Origin: a virus
Virus record (IMG/VR): IMGVR_UViG_3300017739_000004
Span: 1-64,000 of that record
Reading direction: 5' to 3' (one strand)
Length of the DNA: 64,000 nt
Shown here: one piece after another, positions 9,419-19,910 of the stretch
How positions within the stretch are numbered: position 1 is the first letter of the stretch
Layout of the letters: every line of letters starts with the position of its first letter
Translations under genes and position numbers: made by a program
The notes under the pieces: model-generated
Databases searched by the model: none
Told to the model about the DNA's origin: nothing
Seen by the model: only the letters and a program-made list of their open reading frames with translations

Positions 9419-10760
9419 TAACGAAGAGTATTGCAGAAGAGTAATACCTTATATTAAGAACGAATATTTTGAAGGCTCACACAAAACAGTTTTTGATCTA
9501 ATCGTTTCTTTTGTTAGTAAGCATAATAAATTACCAACAGGAAAAGTATTAGAATTAGAACTCAGAAAAATCAATGCACACGAAGATGTATTAAATCAAG
9601 CCTCAGTATTAATTGGTGAGCTTAAAAATAAATCAGACGTAGACACAGAATATCTAATACAAGAATCAGAAAAGTGGTGTAAAGAAAGAGCAGTCTATAA
9701 TGCTATCATGGAATCTATACAGATTATTGATGGTAAAGATACAAAGAGAAGTGAAGGTGTTATACCTGAAATACTATCTGATGCTTTAGGCACATCTTTT
9801 GACCAAGAAATAGGTCATGATTACGTTGATAACTCGGAAGATAGATTTGATTTTTATAACACAAAAGAAGATCGTATACCATTTGATTTAGATTACTTTA
9901 ATAAAATTACAAAAGGTGGATTACCAAACAAGACTTTAAATATTGCTCTTGCCGGGACTGGCGTAGGTAAATCTTTGTTTATGTGTCATTGTGCTGCTTC
10001 AGTCCTGGAACAAGGCAAGAACGTATTATATATTACAATGGAAATGGCCGAAGAAAGAATCGCAGAAAGAATAGATGCGAACCTTATGAATCTTCCAATA
10101 GAAAGATTAGGGTCATTACCTAAAAATGTATTTAACGAAAAGATACAAAAGATTGCAAAAGCATCTATTGGTAAACTTATTATTAAAGAATACCCAACAG
10201 GTGCAGCTCACACAGGACATTTTAGAGCCTTATTAAACGAACTTAAATTAAAAAAGAATTTTAAACCAGACATTATATATGTTGATTATTTGAATATTTG
10301 TTCTTCCAGCCGTATGCGCGGGTTAGGTGGAAGTATAAATAGTTATTCGTATATCAAAGCAATCGCTGAAGAACTCAGAGGATTAGCTGTGGAATTCAAT
10401 GTTCCGATAGTGTCGGCAACACAGACGACGAGGTCTGGGTATAGTAATACTGACGTTGGCCTAGAAGATACATCTGAATCATTTGGTTTACCAGCAACTG
10501 CCGACTTGATGTTTGCTATTATTAGCACAGAAGAGTTAGAAGAATTAGGACAGTTATTAGTAAAACAATTGAAAAACCGATATAACGATCCTACGAAATA
10601 TCGCAGATTTGTGGTAGGAGTAGATCGGTCTCGTATGAAACTTTATGATGTTGAGGAGTCTGCACAATCAGATATTATGTCAGATATGGTGCCAGACAAG
10701 CCAATAAATAAGTTTGGTGAAAGAGAACAACCGGATTCTTTCACTGACTTTAAAGTATAA
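9378..10760 (+). CDS. 41: Replicative DNA helicase gp41
   Basis: AGTGVGKS, ITMEMAEE, VDYLN, SATQTTR, SESFGLPATAD; TTG start. Confidence 0.96.
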   Translation: MEQLQTHILSHLLNNEEYCRRVIPYIKNEYFEGSHKTVFDLIVSFVSKHNKLPTGKVLELELRKINAHEDVLNQASVLIGELKNKSDVDTEYLIQESEKWCKERAVYNAIMESIQIIDGKDTKRSEGVIPEILSDALGTSFDQEIGHDYVDNSEDRFDFYNTKEDRIPFDLDYFNKITKGGLPNKTLNIALAGTGVGKSLFMCHCAASVLEQGKNVLYITMEMAEERIAERIDANLMNLPIERLGSLPKNVFNEKIQKIAKASIGKLIIKEYPTGAAHTGHFRALLNELKLKKNFKPDIIYVDYLNICSSSRMRGLGGSINSYSYIKAIAEELRGLAVEFNVPIVSATQTTRSGYSNTDVGLEDTSESFGLPATADLMFAIISTEELEELGQLLVKQLKNRYNDPTKYRRFVVGVDRSRMKLYDVEESAQSDIMSDMVPDKPINKFGEREQPDSFTDFKV

Positions 10761-10775
10761 AAAGGGAGAAAACTT

Positions 10776-10958
10776 ATGGATATGATGAACGTAGTAAAAA
10801 ACTGGGTACTCGCAAGATGGGCCGAAAGGACAACTTGGGATGGCGGTGTAATCATCGCGGTTAGTTTGTCTTACTTACTCTTCGGAGGTTTAGTAGATGC
10901 ACTAGCATGGATAGCCTTAGCTTATGGTGTATACACACTAGTTAAAGCAGAACTATAA
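10776..10958 (+). CDS. Small membrane protein
   Basis: GGAG RBS, two hydrophobic segments. Confidence 0.6.
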   Translation: MDMMNVVKNWVLARWAERTTWDGGVIIAVSLSYLLFGGLVDALAWIALAYGVYTLVKAEL

Positions 10959-10965
10959 CATATCG

Positions 10966-10989
10966 GGGGAGCGTTCAGCTCCCCACTTT
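10966..10989 (+). terminator. Putative intrinsic terminator
   Basis: GGGGAGC-gttca-GCTCCCC hairpin followed by a short T run. Confidence 0.65.
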
Positions 10990-10991
10990 AA

Positions 10992-11047
10992 TTGTCACAC
11001 AATTGTCACATAAAACCGTTGACATTTTCCTTAAAACATGATACTAT
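10992..11047 (+). promoter_or_regulatory. Early promoter with upstream 11-bp direct repeats
   Basis: GTCACA at 10994 and 11005; TTGACA 11019; TG-n-TACTAT 11042. Confidence 0.85.
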
Positions 11048-11076
11048 AGACATATAAGATTAAATAAGGAGTAAAA

Positions 11077-11289
11077 ATGTCAAATATAATAAACGATCAA
11101 ATCCTCGAGCAGATAGCTGAAGAGGTCGCTGAAATGTCAGGAATGGCAGTAGTGAACGAAGTAATGGATAGACCAGAAGGTGCGCCTTCACCGGCATCCG
11201 ATTCATGGGACGAGTTTTTCGCATTCGCAGATATGGATAAACTAAGAAATGACTTAGTTATGAAAAGATTTGAGGAGATGTCAAGATGA
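11077..11289 (+). CDS. Hypothetical early protein
   Basis: TAAGGAG RBS directly after the early promoter. Confidence 0.75.
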   Translation: MSNIINDQILEQIAEEVAEMSGMAVVNEVMDRPEGAPSPASDSWDEFFAFADMDKLRNDLVMKRFEEMSR

Positions 11290-11483
11290 GTTGGAAGATA
11301 TTAGCAGAACAATCTATTGTCGACGGTAAGCAAAAGTTTACCGAAGATGATATTCGAAGCATGGTCGGTGCGCCAAGCTTAGCAGAAGAAAAGGCAGATC
11401 AAGAAAGAGCTGCCAGAAACGAATGTGTATGTGGTACTATTGATTGTAAGACCGAATACTCATGTATAACCTCGGGGTGGTAA
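11286..11483 (+). CDS. Hypothetical protein with Cys-rich C-terminus
   Basis: GAGGAG RBS; CVCGTIDC...C. Confidence 0.65.
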   Translation: MSWKILAEQSIVDGKQKFTEDDIRSMVGAPSLAEEKADQERAARNECVCGTIDCKTEYSCITSGW

Positions 11484-11484
11484 T

Positions 11485-11655
11485 ATGAAAGCAACGTTAA
11501 GTAAAGACGATTATAGAGAATTCAACGAAAGAGTTGGTAATCTATCAGATAAAGGTGTGGAAGTACCACACTTAGTCACTAAAATTAGTGATGACAAATT
11601 TGAAATTGAACTACTTGGCTCGCCTGATTTAGATGAACTAGATAGGCTTTCCTAG
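11485..11655 (+). CDS. Hypothetical protein (56 aa, not in ORF track)
   Basis: MKATLSKDDYREF...; fills the gap in an operon. Confidence 0.6.
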   Translation: MKATLSKDDYREFNERVGNLSDKGVEVPHLVTKISDDKFEIELLGSPDLDELDRLS

Positions 11656-11860
11656 TGGAAATTATAATTTATATCATAGTAATTATAGGGTGTGGCTATA
11701 CATCCTATAATCTAGGTATTAAAAAAGGTATTCGTCAAGGAGCAGAGAATGCAATTGATGTTTTACACGAACGAAAAATCATTCGATACGATCACAAAGG
11801 CGATATTCAGCCTTATAATAATTTAAAATAAATATTGACAAAATCTAAAGTCTCTGTTAT

Positions 11861-11868
11861 TATAAATA
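11861..11868 (+). promoter_or_regulatory. T4 late promoter
   Basis: TATAAATA upstream of the internal-protein gene array. Confidence 0.8.
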
Positions 11869-11895
11869 GAAATAGTAATATTAAATGGAGATACA

Positions 11896-12987
11896 ATGAA
11901 AAGGTTTAAATCTTTTATTTACGAAGCCAGCCTATCTGGCAAAACAACTAAATACAAAGATAACACGGGTGCGTGGTATCAGTATGTCGAGTTGAATCCA
12001 GAATTAAAAACATTAAAGCTAGAAAATGATTCATTTTTATTTGAATTAGATGGAACACCAACAAAAACCGTATTAAAGAAAGGTACTGAATTAGAAATTG
12101 TTGGAAGAGAAGTGAAAACACTGCTAGATTCATCAAGATCAAAATTAGCACATATGAAATATAAAGGTAAAGACTATAGAGTACCTACTAGCAAATTACT
12201 TAAACCTTCAGGTAAAGAGGTTGCACCAATTGAAGCAGACCTAACACAAAAAGAGAATCCAGGTGTATTTACAAACTTCAAGGCAGGGCATGGTCATGAA
12301 GGTCAATTCATTCAAAGATGGATTAATAGTTCTGGTACCCTTTGGGAATTTGAATATAAAGGTAAAGAATATCGTATAACAAATCTAAGTGCACCTACTA
12401 CAAAAACCGTTGGTAATCCAAAGACAGATGTAGTAGTTGAATTAGATAAAAAAATACCAGGCCTAGGTAATAAACTTTATTATAGTTTGAAAGATGCTAA
12501 TGCAACATACTTTGAAAACTGGATATTACCAAAAAGATTCTTTCAAATATTTGGTAGCTCATCTAAAAAGATTATAGAAAATGCTTATGAACAATTGAAT
12601 AAGAATAACAAGATAGGAAGGTCAGGTTATAAATCAGTATCAATTTGCCCTTTTGTTAAGAGTAAACCATATAACCATACTAAACTATCTAAGAGTCAAA
12701 ACATAGAAGTATTATCCGGTGCAAATAAGTTTGGTAAAACTGATGCAACTGCAAATTGCTTTTTTGCTGGTACAGTACCAGAAACTATTGCAGAGATTAT
12801 TGATGGTACTATATCAGTAAAAGATATGGCTGGAAAGATTAATGTCGGTTTAGATTTTAGAGGCTCAAACGATATTAAGAACTCATCAGTCTTTATTAAG
12901 AATGACGAAGGTGGCTGGGATATAAGAGAAAACTGGATTGGAAGAGGTGAACTAAAACTAGATAAAAGCATGGGACAAAGTAAGTGA
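11896..12987 (+). CDS. Putative PD-(D/E)XK nuclease with capsid-targeting-like N-terminus
   Basis: HE...PKTDVV...YSLKD pattern; starts MKRFKSFIYE. Confidence 0.5.
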   Translation: MKRFKSFIYEASLSGKTTKYKDNTGAWYQYVELNPELKTLKLENDSFLFELDGTPTKTVLKKGTELEIVGREVKTLLDSSRSKLAHMKYKGKDYRVPTSKLLKPSGKEVAPIEADLTQKENPGVFTNFKAGHGHEGQFIQRWINSSGTLWEFEYKGKEYRITNLSAPTTKTVGNPKTDVVVELDKKIPGLGNKLYYSLKDANATYFENWILPKRFFQIFGSSSKKIIENAYEQLNKNNKIGRSGYKSVSICPFVKSKPYNHTKLSKSQNIEVLSGANKFGKTDATANCFFAGTVPETIAEIIDGTISVKDMAGKINVGLDFRGSNDIKNSSVFIKNDEGGWDIRENWIGRGELKLDKSMGQSK

Positions 12988-13622
12988 TAAGATTTTCAAA
13001 CTATATATCCGAAGATGCGCATGAACTAATTTTCACGCCACAAGATGATCTGAAAGAACCAGATTATGATGATATAGAAATATTTAAAGATAATTGGGTT
13101 AAAATAAAATTACCAACACCACCACGAGAAGATCGTGAAATAAATGCTGTGATTGATGCAGCCAATACAGCCACAGATGAACAAAAAGCTGAGTATGAAA
13201 ATTGTGATAAAGATGCATCATATTATATTAAAAAAGTTTTAAGAGAAAATAGTTTAGAATATGATGAAGATGTTATTGAGTATATTGAAGAACAATGTGT
13301 ACCTATAGTGAGACACTATAAAAATTATTATAATAGACCAAGGCCGTATCAAGTTGCTGCAATTATGAATAAAGAATTGAAAAGATTTAAAACTGATACA
13401 GCAAAAACGCCATCATATCCATCAGGCCATACAGTTCAGCCAATGGTGGTGGCATTACATTATGCAAAAAAATATCCACAACAAAGAGAAGCACTTATTA
13501 AAGGAGCTAAGATATGTGGATATGGAAGAGTTATAGCCGGATTACATTACCCAGCTGATTACGATGCTGGATTAAAGTTAGCAAACGATTTAATGAAGTA
13601 TATAGATTATGAGAAGTTTTAG
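12984..13622 (+). CDS. PAP2/vanadium-haloperoxidase family phosphatase
   Basis: K..YNRPRP, PSYPSGH, RVIAGLHYPAD. Confidence 0.9.
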   Translation: MIRFSNYISEDAHELIFTPQDDLKEPDYDDIEIFKDNWVKIKLPTPPREDREINAVIDAANTATDEQKAEYENCDKDASYYIKKVLRENSLEYDEDVIEYIEEQCVPIVRHYKNYYNRPRPYQVAAIMNKELKRFKTDTAKTPSYPSGHTVQPMVVALHYAKKYPQQREALIKGAKICGYGRVIAGLHYPADYDAGLKLANDLMKYIDYEKF

Positions 13623-13968
13623 AAAATTCTGGCTAGAGGCTGATGCAAGAACACCTCGTAAAAAAGGTCAACACAAAGGCAGTTCAAGTCATAGTGACTT
13701 ATACACTGACGAAGACCCTAGAGGAACAATCCACGGATTAGGATTTAAAGATGCTGCAACAGCTAAAAAGGGAATTAGTATTATTAATAAAGCTGATAGA
13801 GAACATGCTCACAAAGTACAAGCAACTTTAGTGATGCAACAAAGAGCAAAAGAAGCTATTAAGAGAACTAAAGACCCAGAAAAGAAAGCAAACTTAACAG
13901 CCGCATATAAGATTTGGACAGACCATTTAGAAAAATTGAAAAAGAAAACTAAGGAAATGAATAAATGA
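13609..13968 (+). CDS. Basic hypothetical protein, probable virion internal protein
   Basis: MRSFRKFWLE; HSDLYTDEDP.GTI.GLGF. Confidence 0.6.
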   Translation: MRSFRKFWLEADARTPRKKGQHKGSSSHSDLYTDEDPRGTIHGLGFKDAATAKKGISIINKADREHAHKVQATLVMQQRAKEAIKRTKDPEKKANLTAAYKIWTDHLEKLKKKTKEMNK

Positions 13969-15197
13969 GATTTCAAAAATATATAACCGAAGCTAAAAAT
14001 ACTCACATGACACACATTGAGGATTTAGTTTTAGACGGTGGAGTTAAGGGAGCCCGCCAAGCAATCCTCGCGCTTAGATCAATGAGGGATATGTTGAGCG
14101 GTAATGTGAAAGCACCAATAGACATTACCACAAAGTGGGACGGGGCTCCCGCCTTATTTGTAGGAACTGATCCAAGTGATGGTCAGTTTTTTGTCGCAAA
14201 GAAAGGCATTTTTGCCAAAACACCAAAAGTGTATAAGAACCATGACGATATAGATGCAGATACTTCCGGCGATCTTAACAAAAAGCTTAAATTAGCATTT
14301 GACAAATTAAAAGACCTTGGCATCAAAGATGTAATACAGGGCGATTTTATGTTTGAAAAGAAAGATTTAAAAGATGTTAAAATCAACGGTGAAACACATA
14401 TTACATTTCATCCAAATACAATTGTTTATGCAGTACCTAAAACATCTAGTCTAGGTAAGAAAATTAATAAATCAGACCTAGGAATTGTTTGGCATACTAA
14501 GTATTCTGGTTCATCTTTTGAAAATATGACAGCAGAGTTTGGTGTTGATATAGTAAAAGATATTGGTAAATCATCAAAGGTATGGATGGTTGATGCGACT
14601 CTTCGTGATCTATCTGGTACTGCTACATTGACTGATGATGAAACAACTAAATTAAATGCAAATCTATCTGCTGCCGGTAAAACATTTAGAAAGATATCAT
14701 CTGGTGTATTAAAAGATATAGAAGATAATAAAGAACTTAATTTAATTTTGAATATCTATAATAACCTTAAAGTAAGAAAAGGCCAAAGAGTAGAAAATAC
14801 TAAGTCTCACGCAACTGGTTTAGTCATGTATGTTAAACAAAGATATGCAAAAGAGATTGATAAAAGGTCGTCAGATAAAGGAAAACAGAAACAAAAAGAT
14901 AATAGAGATGAATTATTGAAGTTTTTTAGTAAAGAAAACATAAAAAACCTAAAATTAATCTATGATTTGCAGAATTTTATCATCAATGGCAAATTAATTA
15001 TTATAAATAAACTAAACGAACTATCAAAAATTGATACATTCGTTAAAACAAAATCCGGGTTTAAAGTCACCGGTGTAGAAGGCTTTGTGGCTATAGACCG
15101 AACGGAAGGTGGTGCTGTTAAGTTAGTTGACAGAATGGAATTCTCAACTAATAATTTCAGCAAAGATATTATAAAAGGCTGGGATAACCCAGGCTAA
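13965..15197 (+). CDS. Conserved T4-like protein, possibly ligase/nucleotidyltransferase-like
   Basis: KNTHMTHIEDL, TKWDGAP, QGD, EGFV and VKLVDR resemble ligase motifs. Confidence 0.6.
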   Translation: MRFQKYITEAKNTHMTHIEDLVLDGGVKGARQAILALRSMRDMLSGNVKAPIDITTKWDGAPALFVGTDPSDGQFFVAKKGIFAKTPKVYKNHDDIDADTSGDLNKKLKLAFDKLKDLGIKDVIQGDFMFEKKDLKDVKINGETHITFHPNTIVYAVPKTSSLGKKINKSDLGIVWHTKYSGSSFENMTAEFGVDIVKDIGKSSKVWMVDATLRDLSGTATLTDDETTKLNANLSAAGKTFRKISSGVLKDIEDNKELNLILNIYNNLKVRKGQRVENTKSHATGLVMYVKQRYAKEIDKRSSDKGKQKQKDNRDELLKFFSKENIKNLKLIYDLQNFIINGKLIIINKLNELSKIDTFVKTKSGFKVTGVEGFVAIDRTEGGAVKLVDRMEFSTNNFSKDIIKGWDNPG

Positions 15198-15216
15198 TGG
15201 GAAACCGAGGATATAA

Positions 15217-16620
15217 ATGTCAATAAAATCATTTAGTGATTACGTAGTAGAATCGAGTAGAGAAACGACCTTTACTTTTGGAAGATATAATCCACCTACT
15301 ATTGGTCACGAAGTATTATTCAATAAAGTAAAAGATATTGCTCGTGGTGGCAAGTATCGTATATATGCTTCAAAAAGTGAGGATCCAAAAAAGAATCCTT
15401 TACCATATAAATCTAAAATTAAACTCTTACGAAAAATGTTTCCAAAACATGCTAGAAATATCGTAGACGACACAAAAGTGCGAAACGTTTTTGATGTTTT
15501 AACTAATATGTATGATGCAGGATTCCATAAAGTTAATTTAGTAGTTGGCTCAGATAGAGTAAGAGAATTTGATATATTATTAAATAAATATAATGGTATT
15601 AAAGGACGTCATGGATTCTATAAATTAAAAATCAATGTAATTAGTGCGGGAGAAAGAGACCCGGACTCAGATGGTGCCGAAGGCATGTCAGCCTCAAAAA
15701 TGAGAATGGCCGCTCAACAGAATGACTTAAATTTATTTAGTCAGGGATTACCAAAAGACTTTAAAAGGATTGAAGATTTATTTAATGCCGTACGAATGGG
15801 TATGGGATTAAAAGAAAGTAAATCATATAGGAAGCACATATCACTTCCTCCAGTTTCAGAAACTAGAGAAGAATATGTAGAAGGCAGTCTTTTTAAAGTT
15901 GGTGATCTTGTAAGAATAAAAGAAAATAGAGAGAAAGGTACAATAGTATATTGTGGTTCAAACTATGTAATGGTTGAATCAAATGATATAAGAAAAAGAT
16001 ATTGGCTTGATGCAATAGAAAATATTACTGAATACAATGAAGTTGGTACTACTAAAACATTAAGAAAATATTTAAAGATGACTCCATTTTCAGAAGTTAA
16101 GAAAGATCGTAAACCATCACAAGACCCAGATATAAAAGATAGAAAGGGTACACAACCAAAAGGTTATTATGGAAAAGATGCCGAAGGTAAAGGAATGGCT
16201 AAGTCCACTAAACAAGCAAGAGCAAGACACTTTGAAAAAGGTGCAAAGATGGACGACGATAATCCAGCAGCATATAAACCAGCACCAGGTGATGCTACTG
16301 CAAAGACAAAGAAATCAAGACACACAAAGAAATTCAAACAAATGTATGGAGAGATGGCCGAACATCTTACATTTGAAGATTTTACAATAAACGAACAAGA
16401 TGCCGATGCAGCTCTTAAAAAGAAAGCTGATAAAACAGGTATGCCTCTTGGTATATTAAAACAAGTATTTAAAAGAGGTGTTGCTGCTTGGCGAACAGGT
16501 CATAGACCAGGGACTAATGCTGTACAATGGGGATTAGCTAGAGTTAATTCTTTTGTCACTAAGTCTGCTGGCACATGGGGTAAGGCTGATAAAGATTTAG
16601 CCGCCAAGGTGAGGGGTTAA
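15217..16620 (+). CDS. Cytidylyltransferase/NMNAT-like protein with basic C-terminal domains
   Basis: FGRYNPPTIGH, VVGSDR, MSASKMR. Confidence 0.85.
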   Translation: MSIKSFSDYVVESSRETTFTFGRYNPPTIGHEVLFNKVKDIARGGKYRIYASKSEDPKKNPLPYKSKIKLLRKMFPKHARNIVDDTKVRNVFDVLTNMYDAGFHKVNLVVGSDRVREFDILLNKYNGIKGRHGFYKLKINVISAGERDPDSDGAEGMSASKMRMAAQQNDLNLFSQGLPKDFKRIEDLFNAVRMGMGLKESKSYRKHISLPPVSETREEYVEGSLFKVGDLVRIKENREKGTIVYCGSNYVMVESNDIRKRYWLDAIENITEYNEVGTTKTLRKYLKMTPFSEVKKDRKPSQDPDIKDRKGTQPKGYYGKDAEGKGMAKSTKQARARHFEKGAKMDDDNPAAYKPAPGDATAKTKKSRHTKKFKQMYGEMAEHLTFEDFTINEQDADAALKKKADKTGMPLGILKQVFKRGVAAWRTGHRPGTNAVQWGLARVNSFVTKSAGTWGKADKDLAAKVRG

Positions 16621-17186
16621 TGGCAGATTTTAAATTAACACCAGCTAGAGAAAAAGAACTAGAGAAGTTAGCTAAAGATTTGCCAGATAACGATTTTAAA
16701 AAAAGGTATGGTAAAGATTGGAAATCAGTCAAAATAGCCACAGCAATGAATATGCTGAAAAAGAAATACGGATTTAAAGAGGATAAAATGAAATTTAAAG
16801 ACATAAGAGAAAAATATAAAAGTAAGTTCCCTACTTCTCTTGTCGCTGCTGCAGTTAAGATAGCGTTAGACATGGGTGGTAATATGACTGGAGCTTATAA
16901 CAAGATCGAAAAGATGAAGCGTGGGTTAGGGGACGATCCTGCAGTAAAAGATGCTTTAAGATTAGCTAATGAAGAAAATGTAAAAGAAGATGCAGCTGAA
17001 ATATATGAGTTTGCAACTTCAATGACATACTTTGATAAGAAAGGAGCGACCAAAGCTGAAAAAATAGCAAAGGGTTTAAAGATTTATAAAAGTACTAAAG
17101 AAGTAGGTAAAGCACCAAACTTTGCATACACAGTACATGTTGATGGACCATTTGATAAAGTAGAAAAATGGAGTCAGCTAATATGA
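16620..17186 (+). CDS. Probable virion internal protein
   Basis: Lys-rich; in-frame internal start MKFKDIRE at 16788 with GAGGA RBS. Confidence 0.55.
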   Translation: MADFKLTPAREKELEKLAKDLPDNDFKKRYGKDWKSVKIATAMNMLKKKYGFKEDKMKFKDIREKYKSKFPTSLVAAAVKIALDMGGNMTGAYNKIEKMKRGLGDDPAVKDALRLANEENVKEDAAEIYEFATSMTYFDKKGATKAEKIAKGLKIYKSTKEVGKAPNFAYTVHVDGPFDKVEKWSQLI

Positions 17187-18265
17187 AAACATTTACAGAG
17201 ATAAGAAATTTACAAGAGGCTCCTTTAACATCGCGAGAATCAGTTAAAGAATCAGTTAATGAAGCATATTCAAAAAATTTAACCGATAAAGATGTAGATG
17301 CTCAATTCAAAAAATTCGGCAAAGGGGCAGAAGAATTTTTTGGACCTCTTGATAAGGCAAGAGCTGAAATGAAGCAAGACTATAGCCCAGCTAATTCAGC
17401 AAGACCAAAGGTATGGACAGCTTTAACTTACCCTGTTAGAGATGGAGATTATTACTTTGCATTTATATCAAATAACGAAAAGAAAAATATTAAATTTAAT
17501 GACCAGATGAACGATCTTCTTAAAGATGCATTGAAAGAAATTAATCGACAAAATAAGGCTATCAGAGCAGTTGAAGCACGTGAACTTTTATGGGATAAAG
17601 CAAGTGAAGCTGTTAAAAAACTACCAAGGGATTTAGGAGCAGGTGATACAATGACTAGAGAAGAAATCTGGATGTCAATTGGTCATATGCTTGGAATGAA
17701 TGAGTCTATAAAAGAAATGCAAGGTGCAATGCAAACCAAAGCTGGAATTAAAGTAGGCAGAAGAGCAAAGGCACCTAAGTATGAGTCTAAAGTAAAAGAA
17801 ACTAAAGAAAGTAAATTCAGATCATTTAGAGATGGTTTAAAAGATTTAGCTGAAGCAGCTGGTTTTGAATTTGTTGATATGGATAAAAAGAGTAGAGATA
17901 CTGTTGTTGCGTTAGCTAAGAAATTTAAGTTAAAAGTAAAAGAAAGAAAAAAAGGTTCACTCAGTAATATCGATGTTGAAGGTTCTAATGCAAATGTTGC
18001 TAAATTTATGGAGAAACTTCCACAAGATGCTTTAGAAGGTGTTAATGAAGGTATGGCTTTAACTATGAGACAAATAATGTCAAAGTATGGAAGAGAGTTA
18101 AAGAAAGCTCAAAGAACAGGTAATCTTGAATTATCTCAAAGAGCAGAAGATGATTTATATATGTGGGCATTAGACAATGGTGAAGTTAATACTGATGACC
18201 CAGACGAATTTATTGAATGGTTAGATCAGAACCTAGATGACATTGTTGCAGGGAGGATAAAATAA
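17183..18265 (+). CDS. Probable virion internal polyprotein
   Basis: MKTFTEIRNLQE; repeated (I/L/V)xE junctions. Confidence 0.55.
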   Translation: MKTFTEIRNLQEAPLTSRESVKESVNEAYSKNLTDKDVDAQFKKFGKGAEEFFGPLDKARAEMKQDYSPANSARPKVWTALTYPVRDGDYYFAFISNNEKKNIKFNDQMNDLLKDALKEINRQNKAIRAVEARELLWDKASEAVKKLPRDLGAGDTMTREEIWMSIGHMLGMNESIKEMQGAMQTKAGIKVGRRAKAPKYESKVKETKESKFRSFRDGLKDLAEAAGFEFVDMDKKSRDTVVALAKKFKLKVKERKKGSLSNIDVEGSNANVAKFMEKLPQDALEGVNEGMALTMRQIMSKYGRELKKAQRTGNLELSQRAEDDLYMWALDNGEVNTDDPDEFIEWLDQNLDDIVAGRIK

Positions 18266-19011
18266 TGAAATCATTTAAAGGATATGTACAAGAAAATTTT
18301 AAAGAGTTGGTAAAAATTAGTTGTGCTGTTGACCCAAAGAATTCAGCAAAATTTGAAGGACTATTAAAGAAAGAAAACTTTGGTTATAACGGACCAATGG
18401 ACCAATCAAGATATGATAGATTAGGTTTAGATGAATTTATTATAGTAGGACCAAATACTCCTGTAATGAAATGGGTGTCTAAAAATAAATCTATGATAAT
18501 CAAGTTAGCTAAATTACCAATGCCTAAAATAACATTTGCATCAGTAGATGTAAATCAACATGGTGGAGATTTATTACAAGAAAAGTTTTTACAAGATTTA
18601 TTAACACCAAATGAATTCAAACGTGAGCTTGAACAAGAAATAGAAGATGCAGGCTATTCACCTAAAGTAATTAAAAAGATTACAAAAAAAGGAAAAGGCT
18701 ATGAAGTCAGAGTTGCATCTTATATAGGGTCATTGAGAGATATATTTACAAACATGGGCGCAAGTAAAATTAATTTTAAAAAAGGCGGAGGCGTTAATAT
18801 AATTATGGTTGAAGCAATAGATCACCCAGCTTATATCAATGTTATTCTTCAAGATTTTGCTAAGCATATGAAAAGAATTAAACCTCATGCTAAAAAAGCA
18901 GGTACTAAATTAACTGTTCAAGGTAAAGATGTTAGAGTTGATGGTCTTGCCACAGCTATTAAAAAGATGTTTGATTTTATGACATCAGATGGGAAGGGTT
19001 TTTATGAGTAA
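18265..19011 (+). CDS. Probable virion internal protein
   Basis: MKSFKGYVQE. Confidence 0.55.
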   Translation: MKSFKGYVQENFKELVKISCAVDPKNSAKFEGLLKKENFGYNGPMDQSRYDRLGLDEFIIVGPNTPVMKWVSKNKSMIIKLAKLPMPKITFASVDVNQHGGDLLQEKFLQDLLTPNEFKRELEQEIEDAGYSPKVIKKITKKGKGYEVRVASYIGSLRDIFTNMGASKINFKKGGGVNIIMVEAIDHPAYINVILQDFAKHMKRIKPHAKKAGTKLTVQGKDVRVDGLATAIKKMFDFMTSDGKGFYE

Positions 19012-19447
19012 AGATTACAGAACAATTGGTCAGTTATTAGGAGATAATTTAAAATCATTAAATGAAGTCAGATATACTAATATCTACAATAGAATTAAAG
19101 GTGTTAAAGGACTTAAAAGAAAAGACCTAGATATGATTAGTGCTATTGATCCAGACATATTAAAGAATGTTGTAAACTCATTAGACTTCCTGAAAGACGA
19201 CGTAGAATTAGAAGAAGGCAAACTTGCAGATGAAATGATTAGACGACACTTTGCAAATGTTTGGGCTATGAGTGCAAAAGAACCTAAGATACTAGATATG
19301 TTTCATAAATCAGTAAATACATCTAATTTTAATGTTAAGAAAAAAGCTTATCAAAAAATGCCAATTGGACCATTTATTCGTGATGAATTAGGTGGAGGTT
19401 ATTTGGATCCAAAAATAATTAAAAAGCTTAATTTAAAATCGTCATGA
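19004..19447 (+). CDS. Hypothetical protein
   Basis: Coupled ORF in the late array. Confidence 0.55.
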   Translation: MSKDYRTIGQLLGDNLKSLNEVRYTNIYNRIKGVKGLKRKDLDMISAIDPDILKNVVNSLDFLKDDVELEEGKLADEMIRRHFANVWAMSAKEPKILDMFHKSVNTSNFNVKKKAYQKMPIGPFIRDELGGGYLDPKIIKKLNLKSS

Positions 19448-19638
19448 TAGGATTTAAAGTATTTGTTGAAGATGTATATAGCAAATACGCAGAACTTTTA
19501 GCAAAGAAATCAGCTATTGTACAATTAGTCAGTAGAGGTGAACAATCTGGAAAAGGTATGAATAAAAAAGCTGTAGTAAAAGCAATGACTAAAGTTGATA
19601 AAGAGATCGCAGAAATAGAAAAGAAAATAAAGCTATGA
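19444..19638 (+). CDS. Probable virion internal protein
   Basis: MIGFKVFVE. Confidence 0.5.
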   Translation: MIGFKVFVEDVYSKYAELLAKKSAIVQLVSRGEQSGKGMNKKAVVKAMTKVDKEIAEIEKKIKL

Positions 19639-19910
19639 AAACATTTAAAGAATTTAGAAAAGAAGTAAAAGAGAGATCAGCTCTTGTAGCTAATCAAACT
19701 GATATTATAGATGTTGTTTTAAAAGACTTACATGCTTTATTGCTCAAAGAAATGGGTAAAGGAAAAACTGAGTTGATGAATAATGTTGCTAGATTAGTTG
19801 GATTAAAAGTCACACAAAAAGGTCAACAAAAGAATAAAGCTTTTTTATATGATCTTGAAAAAGGATTTAGAAAATCAAATCCAAGAGGCTCATCACGAGG
19901 TCAAAGATGA
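19635..19910 (+). CDS. Probable virion internal protein
   Basis: MKTFKEF start, as in T4 IPI. Confidence 0.6.
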   Translation: MKTFKEFRKEVKERSALVANQTDIIDVVLKDLHALLLKEMGKGKTELMNNVARLVGLKVTQKGQQKNKAFLYDLEKGFRKSNPRGSSRGQR

